NCBI GenBank assembly: GCA_000989185.1
Contig: LBNX01000004.1
Location: forward strand, 23,797 to 87,796
DNA from: a candidate division TM6 bacterium GW2011_GWF2_28_16
Lineage (GTDB): Bacteria > Babelota > Babeliae > Babelales > UASB340
DNA: 64,000 nt
Direction of reading: 5' to 3'
The notes beneath the pieces were generated by a model. The model had not been told where the DNA came from and searched no databases. It saw only the letters and a list, made by a program, of their open reading frames with translations. The position numbers and the translations under genes were made by a program. Each line of letters begins with the position of its first letter. The first letter of the stretch is position 1. Shown piece by piece: positions 57,189 to 64,000 of this stretch.

Positions 57189-57572
57189 ATGGCTTATAAG
57201 AAAAATAAAAAACGACAAGTAAAAAATGTGGACACTGTAGTTGCTCACGTACAATCGACTTTTAACAATACTATTGTTTCTATTTCTACAACAGATGGCG
57301 ATGTTCTTTTAAGGGGCAGCGCAGGAGCATTAGGTTTTAAGGGCGCTAGAAAAGGTACACCATTTGCTGCAACTCAAATAGCTACAAATTTGGCTAAAGA
57401 GATGCTTAATATGGGTGTTAGAGTTGTGGAAGTCAACATGAAAGGGCCTGGATCTGGAAGAGACTCTGTTGTTAGAGCATTACAATCTTCTGGAATTACT
57501 GTTTCTGTATTAAGAGACGTAACCCCATTGCCTCATAATGGCTGTCGTCCTCCAAAAAAGAGAAGAATTTAG
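57189..57572 (+). CDS. rpsK: 30S ribosomal protein S11
   Basis: VAHVQSTFNNTIVSI and PHNGCRPPKKRR. Confidence 0.93.
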   Translation: MAYKKNKKRQVKNVDTVVAHVQSTFNNTIVSISTTDGDVLLRGSAGALGFKGARKGTPFAATQIATNLAKEMLNMGVRVVEVNMKGPGSGRDSVVRALQSSGITVSVLRDVTPLPHNGCRPPKKRRI

Positions 57573-57647
57573 TTGTAATTATTGTATATATTGTGGCTTT
57601 AAAATTATTAATTTAATTTAAAAATTTTATTTAAATAGGTAAAAAAT

Positions 57648-58286
57648 ATGGCATCAAATTTGGCGATTTGCAGAAGATGTAGACGCGCTGGTGATAAGTT
57701 GTTTCTAAAGGGCTCAAAATGCCGTACAGCTAAATGCCCAATGGAAAGACGAGCAACAACTCCAGGTCAACATCCTAAAAAACAGGGAACATTAAAACTT
57801 TCTGAGTATGGTAAGCAATTAGCAGAAAAACAAAAAGTTAAATTAATGTACGGATCTTTAGAAAAACAATTTAGACGTATATTCGAAATAGCTTCTGCAA
57901 CAAAAGGTATTACAGGCGAAAGCTTATTATCTTTATTAGAGCGAAGAATAGACAACGTAGTATTCCGTTTAAAAATGGCATATTCCAGAGAACAGGCTAG
58001 ACAGTTTGTTGTTCATGGACATATAAATGTTAATGGCAAACGTGTTACATCTCCATCTTATATTGTAAAACTTGGTGATGTAATTTCTTTATCAGGCACA
58101 ACTCTTAAAAATAAAGAGTTCGTTGAAGGAACTATTGATAAACGTTTGAACATTGGCATAAAATTACCTGAATGGTTAGAGTTAGATAAAAAAGAACGTA
58201 AAGGTACAGTATTACGTTTACCTATTCGTTCAGATGTTGCTGCTCCAATAGAAGAGCATTTAATTGTTGAGTTGTATTCTAAGTAA
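57648..58286 (+). CDS. rpsD: 30S ribosomal protein S4
   Basis: N-terminal Cys cluster CRRCRR...CRTAKC and an S4 RNA-binding domain. Confidence 0.92.
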   Translation: MASNLAICRRCRRAGDKLFLKGSKCRTAKCPMERRATTPGQHPKKQGTLKLSEYGKQLAEKQKVKLMYGSLEKQFRRIFEIASATKGITGESLLSLLERRIDNVVFRLKMAYSREQARQFVVHGHINVNGKRVTSPSYIVKLGDVISLSGTTLKNKEFVEGTIDKRLNIGIKLPEWLELDKKERKGTVLRLPIRSDVAAPIEEHLIVELYSK

Positions 58287-58316
58287 GATTTTATTGACAT
58301 GCTGTGGAGGCGCTTA

Positions 58317-59375
58317 ATGCTAGATATGGTATATAAACCGCTAACAATTCCAACTGTGAAGTGGGAAAAAAATAGATTAACAGATACATTGGGAGAATTG
58401 GTTGTACAACCTTTGGAACCTGGTTTTGGAGTTACTTTAGGCAACGCATTGCGTCGCACTATTTTGTCTTCAGTAGAAGGCTCTGCTGTAACTAGTGTTG
58501 TTATAAACGGAGTTAATAATGAATTTTCTACAATGAAGGGTATTATAGAAGATACATTGCAAATTTTGCTTAATATTAAACAGATTTCTATAAAAAATAG
58601 AACAGGCTTGCCTGGAAAAATGAAATTAAGTATTGCCGGTGAAAATGTTGCAAGAGTTGCAAATATTGCAGCTGATGAACATCTTGAATTATTAAATCAG
58701 GATCATATAATTGCTCATTTGGCTCATGATGGCAAACTTGACATAGAATTTTTTGTAGAAACAGGTAGAGGTTATTTACCTGCACAGTGGCCATTAGGTC
58801 AGGCATTGCAACCAGATGGTAGAATTTACTTAGATGCAATGTTTTCTCCTGTAAAAAAAGTTGAAATTCATGTTGAAAAAACTCGTGTTGGTCAATCTAT
58901 AGATTATGATAAATTAAAAATGGTCATAGATACTAACGGCGCAATTTCTCCAATTGATGCAATGCATTATGCTGCATCAGTTTTGAGAACTCAATTTGAG
59001 CATTTTTTACATACAGATGAAATTCCATTTAATCAAATTTCTCAGGAAAAAGTAGAAGAGACTGATAATCAAACTACTTTTGATGTACAAGGTCCAACAA
59101 AAGGTTTACCAGTAGATTTATTCTTGAAACCTATTGATGAATTAGAATTTTCTGTTAGAGCTCATAATTGTTTGGTAGTTGCAGGTATTAAGCGTGTCAT
59201 TGATTTAGTAAATCTTACAGATGATGATCTATTAAAAATTAAAAATTTTGGTAGAAAGTCTTTAAGAGAAGTTAAAGAAATTCTTAGTGCATTTAGCCTT
59301 CAATTGGGCATGAATGTAAAAGAATTAGATCTTAAAAAAGTTATTAAAAAACAAGAGGATAGCTTAAAATCATGA
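58317..59375 (+). CDS. rpoA: DNA-directed RNA polymerase subunit alpha
   Basis: ATG at 58317, after GGAGG. PLEPGFGVTLGNALRRTILSS aligns with the RpoA N-terminal domain. Confidence 0.93.
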   Translation: MLDMVYKPLTIPTVKWEKNRLTDTLGELVVQPLEPGFGVTLGNALRRTILSSVEGSAVTSVVINGVNNEFSTMKGIIEDTLQILLNIKQISIKNRTGLPGKMKLSIAGENVARVANIAADEHLELLNQDHIIAHLAHDGKLDIEFFVETGRGYLPAQWPLGQALQPDGRIYLDAMFSPVKKVEIHVEKTRVGQSIDYDKLKMVIDTNGAISPIDAMHYAASVLRTQFEHFLHTDEIPFNQISQEKVEETDNQTTFDVQGPTKGLPVDLFLKPIDELEFSVRAHNCLVVAGIKRVIDLVNLTDDDLLKIKNFGRKSLREVKEILSAFSLQLGMNVKELDLKKVIKKQEDSLKS

Positions 59376-59728
59376 AACATCAAAATGGTAGAAGAAAGCT
59401 GAGCGTAAAGCCGGCTCATAAAAAGGCTTTAGTCAGAAATCAGGCTATACATTTTATTAAAAATGGTGTTTTGCAAACAACCAAAACAAGAGCTAAAGAA
59501 GTACAGACTTTTGTAGAAAAAACAGTAACTATTGCAAGACAAGGCCAAGATTTTAATACAATAAGAAGAATTAAACAAATATTACCATACGATCAAGATA
59601 CAGTAATGAAACTTATAAAAGAAGTTGCTCCTAAGTATGTTGACCGTCCAGGTGGATATACAAGATTAATTTCTCTTGGACAAAGAGAAGGTGATACTGC
59701 AAAAGTAGCACGTCTTGAATGGGTTTAA
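59372..59728 (+). CDS. rplQ: 50S ribosomal protein L17
   Basis: ATGA overlap with rpoA, typical L17 position, and GGYTRLISLG. Confidence 0.92.
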   Translation: MKHQNGRRKLSVKPAHKKALVRNQAIHFIKNGVLQTTKTRAKEVQTFVEKTVTIARQGQDFNTIRRIKQILPYDQDTVMKLIKEVAPKYVDRPGGYTRLISLGQREGDTAKVARLEWV

Positions 59729-59762
59729 TTGTCATCCTGAACTTGTTTCAGGATCTAGATAT
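59729..59762 (+). repeat. F-type hairpin repeat (reference copy), immediately after the rplQ stop
   Basis: TTGTCATCCTGAA-cttgt-TTCAGGATCTAGATAT with a perfect 8-bp stem. It begins on the nucleotide after the TAA. Confidence 0.8.
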
Positions 59763-59783
59763 ATAAAGTTAAACCAATAAATT

Positions 59784-59822
59784 AAAAAAAAGACTCGTGA
59801 AAATATCACGAGTCTTTTTTTT
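59784..59822. terminator. bidirectional rho-independent terminator ending the ribosomal cluster
   Basis: A-run, AGACTCGTGA-aaata-TCACGAGTCT, T-run. Confidence 0.8.
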
Positions 59823-59834
59823 GTTTATATATTT

Positions 59835-60659
59835 TTATTTATTCATTAATGGTAACTGTATTGCTCTGCCTATAGCAAAATTCTCGAATGCTGGAGTGCT
59901 TGTTCTGGAGCTCCATTTGCTGTATTTAATTTCACCTGCAGAATTTACACCAAAGTACATATCACCACATCCAACACCTTGACCTGTTAAATTTGTAGGT
60001 AAATTTCTTGTATCTTGATAGTGTGTACTACTTGAAGAATCTATTATTCTTACTTTATATTCCCAATATTTTATATTATTTATAGTTACACTTTCTGTAA
60101 ATTTTTCTACAAGATTTACAAGTATTACAACATGTCCAGTGTTTTCTTTTGTATCATCTTTATAATCCCAAACAATAATATCTCCAGGTAAAGCATTTCT
60201 TAAATATTGTATTTTCATCCAGCCTGTAGGGTTTAAAGTAGTATCACTAGTTGTTAGGCAATTATTAAAAAAGTTATAAAAATCTGTTGCTAATGGTCTT
60301 GTTGTGCCTACTATTTTTGCAGCATCTATTGGTAAATAATGCGTATTTAATGCATATTTTAAAACATATCCAACAAGTCCAGAACAATCTGTATTATAAA
60401 TTCCATTATATTCGTCTATAGTTGTTGTATGCTCATATAAAGAACTTTTTAAATTTGCCATAATTCTTTGAGCTTCTAAAAATATTACTTGTGATGGGTA
60501 TAAAAGAGCAAATTCTGGTGTGAATAAATTAAAAATTTCTGGTCTTATTACTTCGTATTTTGTTTCGTTACCTTCGCGTGTTTGTGTAATAATGTTTGTA
60601 TTATCAGCTAAAATATTTTGTGTAAATAAAATAATAAATAAAAATAATAATTTTTTCAT
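59835..60659 (-). CDS. secreted NlpC/P60-like (papain-fold) protein
   Basis: 274 aa with a signal peptide. The candidate catalytic Cys is in NTDCSGLVGYV and the His in NTGHVVILV, an order typical of NlpC/P60. Confidence 0.5.
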   Translation of the reverse strand: MKKLLFLFIILFTQNILADNTNIITQTREGNETKYEVIRPEIFNLFTPEFALLYPSQVIFLEAQRIMANLKSSLYEHTTTIDEYNGIYNTDCSGLVGYVLKYALNTHYLPIDAAKIVGTTRPLATDFYNFFNNCLTTSDTTLNPTGWMKIQYLRNALPGDIIVWDYKDDTKENTGHVVILVNLVEKFTESVTINNIKYWEYKVRIIDSSSSTHYQDTRNLPTNLTGQGVGCGDMYFGVNSAGEIKYSKWSSRTSTPAFENFAIGRAIQLPLMNK

Positions 60660-60827
60660 GACTATCTCCTAAATTAATAAAAAATTAATTAACGCAAAAT
60701 TACTAACTTAACTTTAAAATTTTTACATTTATTAAGTATATTAATTTTTAAAAAATTTAAATTTATTGATTTAGCCTTATTTTTATTTTTATAAATTAAG
60801 CCTGAATAAAAATTTTAGGAGAAATTT

Positions 60828-61787
60828 ATGAGTATTAATTCTGTTAATAATTTTTTAAATAATAAAATAGCAATAATAGGTACAGGTTTTGTTGGTAGTA
60901 CAGCTGCGTATGCTCTTATGTTAGATGGTATTGTAAGTCAGATTGCTTTAATAGATCAAGATGCAAAAGTTGCAAATGGACATGCGCTTGATCTTGTGCA
61001 TGGTATGCAATTTACTAATTCAACAAAAATAATTTCTGGTGATTCATATGAACTTGTTGCAGATGCCAAGATTGTAATAATAACAGCAGGCCATGCTCAA
61101 AAAACAGGAGAATCAAGATCTGAATTATTAAAAGCGAATTTTAAAATTTATAAAAATATAATTCCAGAAATTATAAAGCATAATAAAAACTGTATTTTAT
61201 TAGTTGTTACAAATCCATTAGACGTCATGACTTATATAACTTATAAATTATCAGGCTTTGATCCCTGCCGTGTATTTGGTACAGGTACAGTGCTTGATAC
61301 CTCCAGATTAAGATATTTAATGGGACAAGAATTTAAAGTAAGTCCAAAAGATATTAATGCATTTATTTTGGGTGAACATGGTGATTCGCAATTTGTGTGG
61401 TGGAGCCATGCTAATATTGCTGGAGTGCCAATAAATAAATTTTCTGGATATAGCCCTGAGTTACTGGAAAAATTACATAAAAAAGTTCGTGATTTAGTTT
61501 ACGAAGTTATAAATAAAAAAGGCGCTACTTATTTTGCCATTGCAACAGTAATATCAAAAATAGTAAGAGCTATACTAACAGATCAGGCTAGAGTTTTTTC
61601 TGTTTCTTCTGTCTTGCATAATAAAAATTATGGTGATTTGTGTATAAGCCAGCCAACTATAGTTAGATCTAAAGGTATTTGTAGCGTGCTTGAAATAGAT
61701 TTAGATGAACAAGAAAAAGTTTTATGGCAGAATTCTGTTAATAAAATAAAAAAAGAAATAGAGATAATAAAAGAACTAGGGTTTTAA
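60828..61787 (+). CDS. ldh: L-lactate dehydrogenase
   Basis: 319 aa with a Rossmann motif IAIIGTGFVGS. AGHAQKTGESR carries Gln at the LDH/MDH discriminating position. GEHGDS present. Confidence 0.8.
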   Translation: MSINSVNNFLNNKIAIIGTGFVGSTAAYALMLDGIVSQIALIDQDAKVANGHALDLVHGMQFTNSTKIISGDSYELVADAKIVIITAGHAQKTGESRSELLKANFKIYKNIIPEIIKHNKNCILLVVTNPLDVMTYITYKLSGFDPCRVFGTGTVLDTSRLRYLMGQEFKVSPKDINAFILGEHGDSQFVWWSHANIAGVPINKFSGYSPELLEKLHKKVRDLVYEVINKKGATYFAIATVISKIVRAILTDQARVFSVSSVLHNKNYGDLCISQPTIVRSKGICSVLEIDLDEQEKVLWQNSVNKIKKEIEIIKELGF

Positions 61788-61885
61788 ATTTCTTTACAAA
61801 AGAAATCATACAGATTAAAATTCTTTAGATATTATTTTAAAGGTAATATCGGGAGAGTAGTAATGAAGAAAAGGAGCTTGATTTG

Positions 61886-63352
61886 ATGGAGAGAAAATCA
61901 ACACTGTTGTCATATTTGTTTTTAGGGTCATTTTTTTTATTCATAAAAATTTTACCAGAAAATTTAGCACCAGAAGAAACTGTAGATCAAGAACAAGTTT
62001 TGCAAGATCAGGAGAATAATCAAGATTTTTTGCCACAAGAATTTAGAGATCAAAATTTAAAAGATAATAATTCGCAAGATAATTTTAATAAAAAAGTAAC
62101 AGCATTGCATTTGCAATATCAAAAAGAACGTGAAAAATTTAATATACTTTCAAAAAAACAAAAAGAGCGTGAAAAAAATAAAAATAATTCAAGAACTATT
62201 ATTCCACCGGATCCAACAAAAAAAAGAACTGAATATACGGATATTAGAAATATAGATTTATCTGGCTTAACTGGTAATGTCATATTGACCGGAACTTCCG
62301 GTGATAAGTTTTCTGTAGATGCTGCCGGGGCTGACGTTTTAAACTTAACATTAAAAGAAGGTTCTAATTTAAATATAAAAAACGAAGTTGTAACACTAAG
62401 AGATGGAGATATTATAAATATTGTTGGCAAAAACAATACTTTTTATATTTCAAATACTTTTATTGTAGAAGGTGATTTGCTCTTTGATACAGATTCGCAA
62501 TTAACAATAAATTTTATTACAGATGATGCGCAATTTGTTTTAAGTGAAAGTAATATTATAGATTTAGAATCTAATGTTGAATTTAAATTTATTGGTCAGG
62601 GAGTAGTTTTACTAAAAAATAATGCGACCATAAATTTAAAAGGTGCCACAGCAAATCCTGAATTATATCCATCATTTATTTTGCAAGATTATGCAACACT
62701 TAATGTTGATGCTTCTTCTACAGGTTTAATTAAGGGTGTAGGTAAAGTTATAGCCCAAAACGGTGGCATAATAGATATTCGTGGTTATAGCAATACTAAA
62801 CATTTAAATTTTGGCAACTCTGTTAATGATGATATTGAACTTTACGTAAGAGGTAAAGCTATGCTGCGTGTAGATGGTGGTGTTACACCATACAGAGCAC
62901 ATCCATATAGCACTGTGCCACCAACTGGTAATTATGGCAGCATTTCTTTTGGTACTGGAAAATTCAGCTTATTCTTTAGACAGGGCGGCATTATGTACAT
63001 TGGCCCTGGTGGCTGGATAGAGTTTAACTCGAACTTGGCTGTTCCTACAGATATGGGGCATCTTAAAAAAATTGATTTTGGTCCAGATGGTTGCTTTGAT
63101 TTGCAAACTGGTGGTTATTTATCTTTTGCAGATAATGATTATTCTGCGTCTGTTGAACTTAATACTATTTGGATTGCAGATGACTCTGTAGTTTTTGGTG
63201 ATAATGGCGGTCAGGTTGAATATGTTTGTGCTGCTCCATTATGCGGTGCAACTTATCAGGGTTTTATTGGTACATTTAGCCCTACTGGTTTTATGTTTAA
63301 AGATATAGTTGGTTTAACGCCAAAAGAAATATCTAGAAAGTTAATAACATGA
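61886..63352 (+). CDS. hypothetical secreted protein (Gly/Asn/Ile-rich, possibly beta-solenoid)
   Basis: ATG at 61886, after AAGGAG. Has a hydrophobic N-terminus and a low-complexity Q/N/D/K linker. A repetitive G-rich region follows (NGGIIDIRG, QGGIMYIGPGG, FGDNGG). Confidence 0.5.
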   Translation: MERKSTLLSYLFLGSFFLFIKILPENLAPEETVDQEQVLQDQENNQDFLPQEFRDQNLKDNNSQDNFNKKVTALHLQYQKEREKFNILSKKQKEREKNKNNSRTIIPPDPTKKRTEYTDIRNIDLSGLTGNVILTGTSGDKFSVDAAGADVLNLTLKEGSNLNIKNEVVTLRDGDIINIVGKNNTFYISNTFIVEGDLLFDTDSQLTINFITDDAQFVLSESNIIDLESNVEFKFIGQGVVLLKNNATINLKGATANPELYPSFILQDYATLNVDASSTGLIKGVGKVIAQNGGIIDIRGYSNTKHLNFGNSVNDDIELYVRGKAMLRVDGGVTPYRAHPYSTVPPTGNYGSISFGTGKFSLFFRQGGIMYIGPGGWIEFNSNLAVPTDMGHLKKIDFGPDGCFDLQTGGYLSFADNDYSASVELNTIWIADDSVVFGDNGGQVEYVCAAPLCGATYQGFIGTFSPTGFMFKDIVGLTPKEISRKLIT

Positions 63353-64000
63353 AAAAATTTGTAATTTTTTTAATATTAATTTTTTTTAATAATTTAAATG
63401 CAATAAATTATCCTAATAGCACTACAGAGACAGATAGAATAACAAATGTTTTAACGGTTCTTCAGGGGCTAAATGCAGGAGACACTGTTAGTACTGCTGT
63501 TCAGGGTTTATGTTGGTTTAAAGCAGGTTTGAGTGTGGATGGAGCATCGGCTGGGCGAGTGAATTTTTCTTGCCCTATACCGGTAGACAGAGAAATATAT
63601 CTTAACGAAGATGTCGTTTTAGACTTGCATAAAGATTTAGTATTTTCTGGTAGTGTGCGTTTAGCAAGATCTGGAAATATAATTGCAGGTTCTGCTACAA
63701 GGCTTGAAAGCTCTATAATTTTAACTGGTCCGTTTGACCTTGGTTCTAAAACATTAACATGTACCTATGGTCCAATGTTTATAAATGGCAATGGTAATGT
63801 TATAGATTTTAGAAAAGGTGGACGAATTTTTTATGATAGTCGTAATACAAATGATGCTGGTCGAACTGCTGCGACAATTAGAAACTGTGAATTACGTGGG
63901 GTAAAATTTGAAACTGAAGCAGATTCTCGTTTATGGTTGCGCAATTACAGTGCTTTTAATTGGGATAATGTATTATTGCGTTTAGACGGTGATTATTTAA
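63349..64000 (+). CDS. hypothetical secreted protein, N-terminal part (runs off window end)
   Basis: Absent from the ORF track. The ATG at 63349 overlaps the upstream TGA (ATGA). Reads MKKFVIFLILIFFNNLNAINYPNSTTETDR..., open to position 64000. Confidence 0.55.
   Translation, partial: MKKFVIFLILIFFNNLNAINYPNSTTETDRITNVLTVLQGLNAGDTVSTAVQGLCWFKAGLSVDGASAGRVNFSCPIPVDREIYLNEDVVLDLHKDLVFSGSVRLARSGNIIAGSATRLESSIILTGPFDLGSKTLTCTYGPMFINGNGNVIDFRKGGRIFYDSRNTNDAGRTAATIRNCELRGVKFETEADSRLWLRNYSAFNWDNVLLRLDGDYL

Overview
This is a strongly AT-rich bacterial window from a diderm organism, shown by lpxC, lptD, tolQRAB, yidC and beta-barrel OMP candidates. The compact gene layout suggests a reduced, possibly host-associated genome, but that is inference and no lineage can be assigned from sequence alone. 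Three parts are visible. (1) 1-8.6 kb looks accessory. It holds uppP, three toxin-antitoxin loci (two decayed, one intact HEPN/MNT pair bracketed by 50-bp direct repeats) and two paralogues of a secreted OMP-like family. It also carries dense mosaics of short GC-rich palindromic repeat modules. (2) 8.6-40.7 kb is housekeeping: murC, tRNA-Ala, cca, a third OMP paralogue, rpsT, rpmB, ftsH, tolQRAB, truB, a biotin carboxylase/BCCP pair, yidC, recR, lptD, pepP, pyrG, rplM, lpxC and rseP. (3) 40.9-59.7 kb is a contiguous str-S10-spc-alpha ribosomal cluster (rpsL to rplQ). It is followed by an NlpC/P60-like gene, ldh and two secreted proteins. The most unusual signal is the GC-rich hairpin repeats. 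They occur between genes and also in frame inside uppP, cca and a tolA-like gene, and their stems show compensatory base changes. This behaviour resembles Rickettsia palindromic elements and E. coli BIME/REP mosaics. No rRNA genes or CRISPR arrays were seen. All calls rest on reading the sequence and ORF track by eye; no searches were run.
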